This document shows positions 51,201-64,000 of a stretch of 64,000 bases of DNA, piece after piece. Every line of letters starts with the position of its first letter. The stretch's first letter is position 1. The stretch comes from Catajapyx aquilonaris (taxonomy: Eukaryota). The position numbers and the translations under genes are program-made. The notes under the pieces are model-generated. The model made no database searches. It worked only from the letters and a program-made list of their open reading frames with translations, and had not been told where the DNA came from. Where the stretch lies: NCBI GenBank assembly GCA_000934665.2, contig JYFJ02001616.1:1-64000 (forward strand). The letters are read 5' to 3'.

Positions 51201-54200
51201 CTTGAAAATTAAGAAATTGCAAAGGAGGTCGGTACTGATTTTATATAGGATATTTTTAGATGAGTCGTAGTTTCGGCCAAGGAGAGTGAAGGTGAATTCG
51301 AATATTGAGAGAATTTATGTTTACGAGTGACATCGGGTTGCAAAAAAATTCAATTCGCTCGTCTCATCTCTTTTCTTAAAATTCGTTTTAGTATTTTTAG
51401 CATGGCTCATAACACGTGGCGAGAGGCGAAGAATAAAATTTCTCGCAACCCAAATTCGCGAGCGAATTCCCGGTTCTCACGAGCCTGCGAACTCACCTTT
51501 ACCTATATAGTAAAGGTCTGCACTTTGCCAAGTATATATTCGGCTCGCAATTAGCTCCACATTAGCCAGTTGCGAGCCGATTTTATATACGATAACATTA
51601 TAGCGTACCGTTGATGGCGGAAGGTCTCAATTTTCATTCCTTTTGACCGCTATTGTGTACGTGTAAGAGCGTTGATTCGCCTTAATTTGATATTGGAGAG
51701 TTTGCTTTATTATCCCGATGAAATGTGAGAGTGGAGCGCCTGGTACATCAAGATGTTCGATCACTGTCAATCTTTTCGTCGTGGATTTGGCATACACGAA
51801 TCATCAGGTTTCAACGAAAATGAATTTGACCCACTTTGTAAGTGAACCCCAATACTGTATAATTGAAGACTTGCATTGGAAAACCCGGTCAGCCCACTTG
51901 AATCAACTTTTTAGGACAACAAAAACTGGAACAAATTGCCATTTACTAGTTCAGAGATAGTGATTTTTGAGCCATTCCCGCAGGCGGACATTCTGCATGC
52001 TGAAAAAAAAAAAAATCAGTGGCACGGTAAGACAAGCCAACAAGTGGACTGACCGGGTTTTGGGGGTGCTTCGTCGTAGCATCGGTATACCTTGAAGTGA
52101 TTTATTAACGAAGACCTTGACAAGGTTAACTACATAGGAAATGTGCCATATCAATTTCAAAAAAAAATTTCAGGCACATTTAGCGGGGAGGCGGTAGAGC
52201 GACATACGACCAGTGTAAAACGGTATGCCAAGTTGTCCGGCGAGACGAAGAACCGAGTGAAAGAAGGAAGGAGGAGAAAAAGCGGCAGGAGGTGAAGACA
52301 CGTGCAGGAAACGGAGTAATGGAGGTAAAAGACCTTCGTTAACGGAATGAGGGGCCGGAGCTAAGCAATAGATGGGCGCATTAGACCCCGAAGGAAGTCT
52401 TGGCGAAAAAAAGAAAAAAAAAGTTTTCAAAAAAATGTGGCGACCGTGACTGGTGACTGCCACCTGCGCAATTTGGGCTTGGCCGCCATCTTCTTTCGCG
52501 CACTACATAACTGTTCTAGTCATTAAAGCAAGAGAAAGAAATGGCTTGCAGAATTTTCTGGGCCCTCCCAAATTGGGTGACGATGCGGTCGACCTTGCTG
52601 CAAGGTGCCCGACCAAGTTTTTAAATTAATGTTGGTCGAGTCATCTGGGCTAAAAAGTATGGTACAGCCCCAATGGAAACGCACAAGTTCAGTTCCAATT
52701 TTTTTAAAACAATTCTTGGAAGAAAAGGAATGGAAATCAATGATGAGCACTATTCACATATGAATTGAGTGAAATTGACTCAAAGCCCATAGATTCTGAA
52801 TTGGACCTAGTTAGCAGATGGAGAGCCGTGGCATTCCCGAATAGCCTTCAAACGAACGACCGCACCGCATCATTGATTGGGACAGCCATGGACAACGGTA
52901 CAAGTGGATGACATAACTCTGCGGTTGTTCCGAAAGGGGCTCCCACTCTGAGGCACAACAGCAATTGGTTGGGAGTGGCATTTATGTGGTGGTGGTACGG
53001 AGGGGCTCTGGCAGTGTCGTGTAGTAGATGAGGCATGACGAGAAGAAGCACAAAGAGCTCTTGTTTGGAGAAGTGGGAGGCGGGCACTTGGCCCGGGGTG
53101 GTCCATCCATCCATCCTTTTTTGCAAAGGCCAACGACTCTTTTTGTCTTCTGCCCACATGCTCCTGCTGCTTGGGGACGGTGGACCCCATCCGCCCAGGG
53201 ATTATTCTTCTCCCTCGAGTATGTATACCTCCTGCCAACCTACCTCCCCCCCCCCTCCCCCCGACACACACACACACACACACACGAGACCTGGTAAAAA
53301 GGAGCTTTGCGAGAGAAGTAGGCCAGAGCCTTGTGCAAGGGCCAACTGCTGACCTCTACCACTTCCTGCTGACCGCTTTTGCGCCCATCATCGCAAAATG
53401 GAGAGTCCATAGAAAACTTCTGAGCAGGAAATCGGAACAAAAAATAATAATAAAGAGGGAGCCAGAGAGTCCCCGAGGATGCCCCGGGTGTTTTTCCCAC
53501 AGGAAAATTCAATTTTGCATGATCCTGCCAATTGGCTCCCTGGACTGTCCTTTTCGGGGAGGTTGTAATTTTCATTCAATCCGAAATGGCAGGAATGATG
53601 AGGGTCCGGCCCATTCGTGTTCCCACACTTTTCCCATCAGTGTAATTTCCGAGGTCCGAGTGTTCCAAACTGGACCAACCTGAAATATCAACATTAAGCT
53701 ATCTGCGTGCGAATTGTGACACAGTGTGCTCGGAGCGCCGGGCCAGGGTAATTGCATAGTAGAAGGCTTCAGGGCTGCTACCTCATTCGGGCGTCCAAGT
53801 CTCCGACGTTACCCCTGCCTCTTAATGTACGGCGTTGTGTATTACAGTCGGGGGAAATGTCAGGAACGACAGTTATTAATGTTGCAGACTAGACGTTGAC
53901 CTGGATCGGAGGTGATTAAGACAAGGATGCCGATAATTTTTGTCATTAGGGCACTTGCCCTGGTCAGTTGGAAGTCAGAATGAACCCTAGGGATATCCGT
54001 GCACTGTTTTCTTGCATGCCTTTTGATGGAGGTAGGCGCATTTCGTGTGGCTGGCCATTTGGCGAAGATTTTCAACGTCCGACTTCGTGCATTGTTTCAT
54101 CTAACTGTCCCCGTGTAAAGAGGTGGCCATGCGTTGATTGAAGGCACTCGACCTCTTGGTTTGGTCATCAAGTAGGGTGCTGAGAGGTGTATTGGCTATG

Positions 54201-54420
54201 GGAAATAATGCAGATGGGACGCGAGTGTGGGGCGGCGACCGCGTTCCGGGTTCCGCACCCCCCTGATCCCGCCCCCTATCCTCCTCCTCCTCCTCCTACC
54301 ACCACCTACCACCACCTACCACCACCGCCACCACAGTCCATGCCGCTCCCGAAGACTGTTGTGGGCAGGCAGTCAGTCAGTCAGTTGGACCAGCAGAAGA
54401 CCAAGTCTGCTGCTGCTGCC

Positions 54421-57400
54421 ATGGGGACCTTGCCCGCCCTCCTCTTCTTCTTCTTTGCTGTTGCCGGTGAGATATGTTGCTTATTGGCCATGGGTAGGGG
54501 GTTTGTTCTGATGGTTTTTGGTGGGATTTGGAGGGTTTGGGTGATGAGTGGGCTTTTCTGGCCTGCTTTAGTTCATTGCACTGATGTGAGTCATTGCTAT
54601 GGGGGGTTTCCCAGTATGAGGCCTCTTTGGCTGATGCATTTTTAGAATGAGACGGTTGTGGGACAAAAGGGCGAGAACCTCAGAGATATTCAAATGGGAG
54701 AGAAACCGTGTTACCCATAGATCTAATTCTAATGTAGAGAGCCCATAATAATTGTATTACTTCTAACAGTTCACTGCGTGCTCTTTGTCATATGGAGAAA
54801 GGGAAGCTGCTTCTGAAATTGAAGAGTCAATAATATGAAGTGCCTCGGAATCCCATATGGAACCAGTATTTTGATTTTTCGCATTTTTATTTGTAATATT
54901 CTCAAATTATGGGTTGAACCACTTTGGCTCTGAGGCATATTTGTAGCATAGAGATTGCGTGTGACGGTGTGAGTAATGAAATGACAATATATTACTATTT
55001 CTATATTGCGCTATATTATTATTGTCCGGCTTCTAATTTGTACACGTCAGTGTGGGAGATAATTTTAAAAGGGGTAAGCCGACACAGTGGCATGCAGTAT
55101 TTTCTCAGGGGACTAATTTGGAGAGGCAAAAAAAAAAACAAACTGTAGTAATGAAAATGTTTTTCTCCACGGTTTGGGTGAAGTTAATGCAGGGCATTTC
55201 CCCAGGAAAGTTCAACTCTTTCACTAGTCAGCAAGTGGTTATGAATTCGTCTCGGAGTACAATAAGTTACACGTCGGGCTTGTGCGTGCCTGAGATTCTC
55301 ACATCATTGTTATGCACATGCTGTTTTGCTCCTGCGGCATTAATGCAGGAAGAGACGGGCTACGTTTCAAAGGAACTCGTATCCTGGACTCTATGCAACC
55401 GTTCATACCACTGGGTTTAACCCACCGGTGAATGACATAACGTTGATGTATGGCAGAAAAACCAGAATCACTGTTGTTAAAATATTCGTCAATTATTATG
55501 TAATGTGTGACCAAATTTCTGCGTATATTTGTCACCGGAAGGAATTAATACTATAGGGACTGGTGCGTGTTTTGGGAGCTATATTGATGTTGAATGTCAC
55601 ATTGCAGGGATAGCCGCTAATGAGAAACCAACCGTGGACTTCCCAACTTGACTCATTACTCACTACTCAGTATTCCCGGTTCATAATTACATGGTCATAC
55701 ACACACAAAAAAAACCCAATTCAAGAGCTTTTAAGAAACCTTCACTAATGCGAATATAATGTTTCAACCTTCTAGATATTGTGTACATACATGCTTTAAT
55801 TTGTTCCCCATCAGCGACATAATGTGACACTTTGATCAGTAACTTTTACGGAAATCTACACCTACCGGCCAGCCCTATATCGGCTCCCGAGACCGCCAAA
55901 AAACCAGTTTGTTGCAGCCGAGCTTTAATTAGCCAGCTCTTTGTTTCTCTCGTAAACACAATATAGGGAGCCTTAGGGCAACAACTGGGAATTACAAGCA
56001 GGTATAGGCAAATTCGTTGTGGGAGCTGTGGCGGGGGTGGGGGGTGTTGGACACGGGGGGGCCGGAGTCCGAGACCTTGAAGTTGGAAGAGTCCTTTTTG
56101 CTGCCGTCGTAATCCTTGGAGAGGTAATTGACCAGGATCAGCAGCAGCAAGTTTGTGGGAGAAAAAGAAGTGGAGAGGGCGAGAAAAAGGGCAGATAATT
56201 CAAGGAAGCTGAGCTGGGCTTTTGTAAGTCGCACACCAACACGAAATGGGGCAATGATCGCTGCTGGAATGCAATTGCGCTCTTTTTTTTCTTTTTTTTT
56301 CTTTTCTTTTCAAACGCCCGGCAGGTGGAATTCTGCTCAACGCCAGCCTTGCCATGTTTCTTATTACTGCCGTGATTATTGTTGGAGATCTTTATCATTA
56401 GAGATGTCGAGGTGACCTACCTTGGCCTTTACCTCTTGTTTCACCACATTTTTTTTTTCTTCGGTCCGTTATCCCCTAGTAACACTGTAGCCTAATTTGC
56501 ATTCAGCGGCGATGTGATCCATTCATGCTCTTTCAGGATGAACAACATGCACCAAACCTGTCCTTTTGAAGTGTGCATTTTTACCTCCCCCTCCGGCACT
56601 ATCCGCCCAGTTCATGTCCACAAGACAGGAATGTCACCAAGCCAACAGACATTCGAATACTTGTGGTAATTTTGTCCTCAGTAAACCGACGGCAGGTACA
56701 ATTAGTCAAAAAATGGTTTTGTCCAATACCTCTGTTGGGTGTGTAGCGCCAGGATACGTTTGGTATTTTATTTATATATATTTTTTTTTACAAAAAAGGC
56801 AGTACATGGAGAAGCTTTTAGCCCAGGGCTTTTTGGATGCACACAGAATGCATCTTCAGGTGGAGGGCACGTTTTCATGCAATGGTTTTCAAGATGACAG
56901 ACATGATCCTAGCCTTGTACTGCCGGAGGACCTGTGCCCTGAGTGCATGGAGCGTTGAGCTTTCAAGCTGGCATGTTGGCCCTTTTATAAGACGAAGCTG
57001 GTGGTCCTTTAGACACGCTGTTTCGCTCGACAATCAATCTCGGCTCAGGCGACGACTCTATAGGGTCTCTACAGGGGGTCTCATCAGCATCCTCTTGGCT
57101 CACCAATGGAGGTCTTCGCCTACTCCCGTTTTATCTGCGCTTGACAAAGGGAGGCTGCACAAAGCGAATAATTGTGAACTTTGGGAGCACCATATTTTGG
57201 GTGACTATTGTTACTCATCCTTTTTCTGCTGTATTTTCATGATGCGGTCATGCCGCAATATTTGACCACTTTTTGTGCTTGAGTGAGCAACATTTTAGTA
57301 ATTCAATACCGGCGGGCTAATACATGGGTGGGGGTAAACTGGAAAATGCAGCGGAAGCTACACTGGCGGGGGAAAAACTTACGTGACAGCTTCTGAAATA

Positions 57401-60400
57401 GAAGTGAATGCTAAGAATAGTAATAAGTAGGCAACTGTCCGGCCAAAAATGTGCGCAGACTAGTCACGTCTGAAAAGACCGCGAGGCTTTTACAGAAGGG
57501 TGATTTTTGAACCATTTTTTTTTTGCCTAGTGTGACGCACCTACTATATGGAATATCTGAGCCAATTCAGTTCCAAGTCGCAGTCTAATGCAATGTCGTC
57601 TGACCGTCCCGGGGAAAAAATGCTTTAGCCTGGAGGATGGATGTATAAATATGGATGGGAGAAATCACGTTCATGCCTGAATGGTATCACGACCAGTCCA
57701 CTTTGTTCATCACGACTATGCAGCCACGCTTAGCTCTATCCACCTCACTCTCATTTTCCATTGCATCTCAGTAGACAGACGACAACAACAATATGCAGAT
57801 GTGCTGCCAATTCAGATATTGGTCGTGACGAGGCACAAAAGGCTAATAGCTGGCCATTTATGGACGCTGCTTGATTCCAATCTATCGCAGCATTTTGATC
57901 GTGATTGGGGTCAGTACACCAGAACCGAGGTCATCATTTGTTCATATGACTATTGGCTAGTTGAAGCATTGTACGCGGGTGTTTTCACGGTGGTCTCCAG
58001 AGCGATGGATGGGCACGAGCTATTCTTTCAAGGAAGTGATTTTCTTTTTTTTTCTTTTTTCCTTTCTTGTACACGGTGCTGGTCCCCTGAGAGCGGCAAC
58101 GACCACCGTTACTACGGTTGGCAAAGAGATAGGTCTGGGTAGTTGGCAATAGGCATGCTCCATTCGACATCCTCAGCACACTTGCAAGCGACTGAAGCAG
58201 TCACGCTTCATGCTTCTTCTAGGGGGAAATCGCCAAATTCTGGGCATTCGATACACCACTCGCACACCCGCCGTCCTTCCGCATAATTATAATTCAATAA
58301 CAAATCATGGTGACGCGTCCGAGCTGGGGGTGCCCTATATGCTGGGTGGACTGGCCGCGATATGCATCGCGATGACCACTCGGTTGCATTCAGCGGAAAT
58401 ACATTTAGGGGCAACGGTTGTGCAAATTGACATCTTAATTGGCACTACAGGGTGACGGTACTCATTTTAAAGCGGCATGACGGTATTTTAAAATGTGTAT
58501 ATGGCGATGTGCTCGGTCGTGTTTGCCAACGGTTCTCAGGCTTTGTCGCTAAGCATATGGCCAAAGTAGCATATCCGTAGTGTAACAAAGGCTTCTTTAG
58601 AATATAGTATTGATCAAGACCGCTACTAGAGCAGCAAACAAAACAAAAAAAAAATGCTGGCATAACCTTGAACCAATCTCTGTTAAGCGATTCGAAGCGG
58701 TCGCGTTTCTGTTCGTTTCGCTTCATGGCTAAGCTTCATATCCCGACCTGCTGACCTGCGATTATCAAGCGAATTTCGTTACACTCTGTATACGAAGAAC
58801 CCGGTGGTCTTCTCACCTTAGACAGTGTGAAGACTTCCCGGTAACATAACTGCTGATTTATGACAGCCCTGACAATATTACTATGTAACGCAACCTGTTT
58901 CTCATGGACCCATGTCCTTTTCTTTACCAACCAGGTACATCGGCGTCCAGCTCAGCGTCGGTGAAGGCCTTCCGCTGCCCTCACATGTGCCCCAAAGTGA
59001 TAGATCCCGTATGTGGAACCGACGGCAAGATCTATTCCAACGAGTGCGACATGAAGAGGAGAACGTGTGGCAAAGGTGATGAGAACAGTGTCAGTCGCTG
59101 GAGCGTGTCCATTAACCCACTGACACGTGCATGTTACCATGTTAGCCTACGGTACGTTCTGACAGCATGTACGAGCACATGTGCTCTGGAAGGAAGGAAG
59201 TCTGACTGGGGAAAGAAAAGGAGGAGATATAATGGCTCTGGTTTTACAAGCCCGCCAGGCATCCTTCTCCGATCCTTGTCCCTTCCAACTGGAATTCTTG
59301 TCCTACAAACTTTCATTTCTCACGATTAATTATTCCGCCCGCAACCTCTTCTCGCCTGCAGCAATGGCCGCTTTATCGCGTTTGTCATCGTCTTTGTGCT
59401 AGTTATCTAGTTTTTTGATTAGTATATAAAAAACCTTCGCTACTGGTACCATTGCAGGTTATCGCTCTGGAATCGCTTTTAATTGGTGCAGTGGTACTTC
59501 ATTAGGAATGACAAGTGGATGGGAACACTTTGGGGGCAGTGTTCGGATTGGCGAAAAAAATGTGGGTACATGCTACGTCATTGGGTTATGGATGTGGTTC
59601 GTTTGCTGGGAGAAAGGTTTGGGTATAATATACTTATCTGCACGCACTCATCGTTGTCATCATCTCTTGTTGAGTCAGATTTTCAAGCACATGTAATCAT
59701 GTAACGTAACGATCTTACTCACAGCGTGACTATCATGTCAGTTGTATGTAGACTACCGTGTTTATGCAAGGGATTGAGGATTAAGTTTTGCGTGCCATTT
59801 TTTCCTCTTCTGTTGGGGTGAATCTCTGATGGAATCCGGATGGGCTCCTAATGCTAAGAAATGCGTTTTATTGCAGGGATTGGAGGATCGCAGAGAGAAT
59901 TGTAATTCATCTGTACTGAGACAAATTCTTAAAACATGTTCATGTTTCATTGTCAATCTGATAGTCTTTCCTTATAACAATTAATTGAAGTAATGGGAAG
60001 CATTTACTCATGCTTAATGTAATGTTAAAAGCTATTTTTTTTACATTTCACTCGAATTTTTAAATCACGTTAACTTTTCGTACCAGTAATAGTACCGTAT
60101 TTTATGCCATTCTACACAGGTAGTATGAAGTGTATTATTATTTAAAGCGAATACTTGCCTCCAGCGCACGTGAATTATATAAAGCATTTAATTCTAATAT
60201 CAGAACTAACATTAAAATGTTTCTGTTAAATTGATTGTAGGTTTGTAACAGATATGGGCTATACTGTATAAGACCAAAAATTATCTGATGTTATTATATA
60301 AAGGTATTATCTTGGCAAATTAAAAAGTCTCGAAACGTGTGGCATTAATGCCAAGCGATCAACATCTCTAAATGGTGTCCTGTGCAGATATTTATTATTG

Positions 60401-62044
60401 ACTGAACACCTAGAAGCATTTGACCTTTGTCATGAGAGTGTGAAAAACATTATATTATAAAGGTGCACTAGGTTTCTACAGATGTGATGGAAATGGAGCA
60501 ACAATGGGTTCCTCCTAAGTGTGCGCCGCCCAGGAAATCACAACTGCTTGTTTTAGATCACACTTTTTTTTTGTTGCTGTTGAACGGCAAAAAAGTTCTA
60601 TTTTGCTATTCCGTGTAATTATACCTAACGAGAGCGTTTCATGACCAGAGTTACGTTCATTAATTTGCAATCAGATACGGGTCTCATTAATTCATTACAG
60701 CTTAAACGAATCGGGAGTTAATCGCGGACCACCACGAATAAGAAACGCAATGATAATACTAAACAGCTCTGAACGACCAGCATTTATGGCAGCATTATGC
60801 TTAATAACCAATATCGACAACCTTACGAGTTCAATTACCTACCCGCTAATTTCATGTGCACAATAGCCTGCAGGGCGGTCCGGCAAATCCAACCCTGTGG
60901 GAAGAATACATGCGAAGACCAAAATGATTTTTCCGAAGAGAAGTCGTGGACAGTTGATTAGTCTTCTTGTGGTCAGCCCTGGAGGGGTGGGTGGGTGGGC
61001 AAGGTAGGGTTGTGACCATCATGAATGGGAACGGTCCCGTTGCAAATGATGGTAAGCGGTCCATGACTCTTGCGACGTGCTTTTTTTTCTTCTTATTTTC
61101 CTTCACGTCATCAGTCGCTTCCATCTCTAAGCTATAATCCTTTTCACGATGTAGTCGTAACGGTATCGTATTTTTTCCCCCCCTATACTCTTCGCCCCGT
61201 CGTCTTTCATTTTAATTAACACTTGGGAGCCAGGAGCCCTCGCCGCGTGCAATTTAGTCGCGCCTAATTATACACTGGCTGGGTTGCAGTTTGTAAGCAA
61301 CTTGCCGTACCCTAGGCACGTCTAGCAAGTTGCTGTCGCCTACTTTTCTCATTAGGCCACCATGCAGTTCGGATTTGCCCGTGACCAATTCTCCCGGCTT
61401 TTGACAACGACATTCATTTCGGAGGACCATGCAAGTGCACTTGGGTGACCGAGAGACCCGAAGTAAAGGGTGCAAATTGACCCACATGGGAGCAATAACT
61501 TTTCATTTCGATGATTGCGTGCGGCCTCGTTTTCACGGTCACGATGTTTTGCAATAATTACGTGGAAAATGGTGGGAGAAAAGTGGTCGTGCACCGCGGA
61601 CGTTGCGTTGGGCTGAAAGGGGCGACTGCACTGCACCCGGTCGCATGTACCACATGGACCCGGGTATAGCAGGTGTCTGATGAGGGACAAACATGCTGCT
61701 TTAGTTGGATGGCTATATTATCTGAACAACCAACTATTAAGTACTTAAGGAGATGTAGTAGCTTGTAAACTGCCTTCTCTGGCTGAAACGGTCACGGCAG
61801 CCGCTGGCTGTGCAATACAGTGTGAGGTACAGGTGGTTGACCGTCTACATGGTATTGGTTTACTAACTAATGCGTTGGCTTGTTTGATGACAGAGGTGGA
61901 GGCCAGGCTGCAAGTGGATGATTGTTCCTTGGCTGATGGAACTTCCAAGTGTGAGCACAAGTGTTCGGATGTGTACGACCCTGTGTGTGCCACCAATGGA
62001 CGGACGTACCGTAACCTGTGCATGCTGAGGGTCGAGGCTTGCAG
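54421..62044 (+). CDS. Secreted multi-Kazal-domain (agrin-like/follistatin-type) protein, 5' part; probably continues beyond the window
   Basis: Signal-peptide exon 54421-54466 ([15 protein letters not shown], donor GTGAGA, phase 1); exon 58935-59075 ([31 protein letters not shown]); exon 61894-62044 ([31 protein letters not shown]), preceded by a TACTAAC branch point at 61861. Phases are compatible. The Kazal exons are firm; the first exon is inferred. Confidence 0.85.
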
Positions 62045-64000
62045 GTCAGTAGAAATTTCAGTACTGTACCAATGACACTGGGGCAAACTTATGGAAAAGT
62101 AATGTCGCCTTACAATATTTACCCGCTGCTATTTTTGGCATTCTCAAACGGGTAGAGCTGGACTACCGCAACAATGTTATCGTGGTGATATGGGAATTCG
62201 AGACGTCGTAGCTGGTTGGGTAACATTTGGTCTGGGGCACTGCATTGCACCAAATAGCATATAGACACCTGCAGCGCAATGAGGACCAGAGTGTATTTGA
62301 TCCTGCGAGTTAGGCCGATTGGATGGGATGCTTGCTATTAAGGTTGCCTAACTGCAGGCATCGATCCGGCGACTGTCAGGCCCAATGGCGCCCAGGGGAG
62401 ATGCCAGCGATCACGTTATCTAACCAAAATAGTTCCTGTTAGAATCCCCACACGTGCAATACTTTCACTTGGACACATGCATAGAATTGCAAAATGTAAC
62501 AGCGTTTCATTTTCCATAGCCTATGCGAATGGCAGTGCTAGGGAAATTATGTATTTGAGCAAAAAAGCAACAGACACCAAATGTCATTGTCATTCCTTGC
62601 CCATTCTATTGGTGATGAGAAAAGAATAGATCCCACGGATTCTGAGATACGGCTTAGTAAATCCGTTGTTGATGGTCGCCATTTGAAAACGGCACTCCAA
62701 ATTGCTCCTGTGCTACAGTTGGTTGTTAGGACCATGTCTTTGTCGGCGTCATCAGACATGCCAATCAAGGTCTACTGATTGCATCACATATGTACGAATA
62801 GGGGGGTACTTGATGCCGTTTCCCAGTTAGGCTGGTTGTCTTTATGGCGATATGCCAAAATGTACTGTCTCGCCATCATGCATCACGTGTTGTTTAGCTC
62901 AAAGGCAGGTAGTCTGATCTCAACCCATCAGCATGAAATCCTTAATGATATGGAACGCATTTTTCTTCGCCCAATGTTTTCCGCTATCCAGTGATATTCG
63001 TCTTGATGTAGTGACATTATATGGTAAGGAAATACCATGAGCGGAGTTATTGCAATTTGCGACAAGGTGTAGCAGTGTCAGGTGGTGTTTCAAGTCATAA
63101 AATGAAGTGATGCGTGTGTATACTGCATATAACTTAGCTTCTGAAATGGCTGAGGAGCGAAATTTATGTTCGACCATATAACCGCAGAGGCTGTCAGAAA
63201 GAGTTGGAAATAGGCTTTATTACTCCCAGTGCACATACCGTATGTCGTTGTTCGGTAAACGGGTTTGCCTCTTACTCTATACGTGTGAACACAAGTGTAA
63301 TCGGTTATCTTCACCATCATGTGAGTAGGAGGAAGAGGCTAATTATTTGTTCACAGTTTTTTTTTTCCTCTTACGGCTTAGTCTGAAGATGGCTCAGATA
63401 TGGAGAGCTGTGTTCAATCATGAGTTCCTTCCATTCATTTCAAAATACATGGAAAATTGCACTTCTTATAGTTATGGCAAATGATGCCGGTATTATTTTC
63501 TGGAGAAGAGTTATACGATGGTTTCTTCTTCTTCAAGGCCTTTAATTTGAACACCGATATGCCTACTTGTTGTCTGACACTGTGTAGTAGTTGTTGCATT
63601 TATTAATTACTGGTTGAGTATTGGTCCCTAAGGGCAAGGATTTTAACTAATGAGTAGGTGTGTTCTAGGAAAAAAAGCGAAACAAGGAAGGCAGCTCATG
63701 CAATGCTTGAGGAGGTACATCTTTTACAATGAAGTAATCTCGTTATTAAAATGAAATTGAATCACGCCAGTAGCAGTGCACAGGACAGAGCCAGTTTAAG
63801 AGCTGAAATGTGTCTAATCCCCTTGAATAACATGGTGGTTATAAGACACTCGCGGTACCGGTAATCATATTGGCAAAATGAGGGATAAAAGCTTGAATAT
63901 TACCTTGATATTACCTAGAATGAACTTCACTTTTGACATATACCGTGTTAGGCGAGCGTGTTCACATTAAAGCTACGGAGACAAAAGGGTTGCCAAATTC

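Noticed and set aside
51287..51502. Degenerate inverted termini (AAGGTGA.TTCG)
   Set aside because: Arms too short and too diverged to define an element with confidence.

Overview
Eukaryotic, most likely arthropod, genomic DNA: compact GT-AG introns, tRNA-derived SINEs, MITEs and microsatellites, with no prokaryotic features. Three spliced genes can be modelled by hand: (1) a 16-exon NACHT + WD40 (NWD1/NWD2-like) gene on + (13222-21444, about 1355 aa) with an N-terminal MGSSCS acylation motif; (2) a convergent 7-exon TINAGL1/Swim-like cathepsin-B-family pseudo-protease on - (26103-24255, about 454 aa); (3) the first three coding exons of a secreted multi-Kazal (agrin-like) gene on + (54421 onward). 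A fourth locus on - (about 44270-48350, possibly to about 51.1 kb) has intact acidic 3' exons, but its upstream exons are frameshifted and duplicated and resemble DNAAF1/LRRC50, suggesting a decaying dynein-assembly gene. The most unusual element is a 115-nt tRNA-shaped sequence (16022-16136) in an intron of the NACHT gene. Its acceptor, D and T stems pair fully, but the anticodon loop is replaced by a long hairpin containing tandem G.A pairs. All family assignments come from recalled motifs, not database searches.
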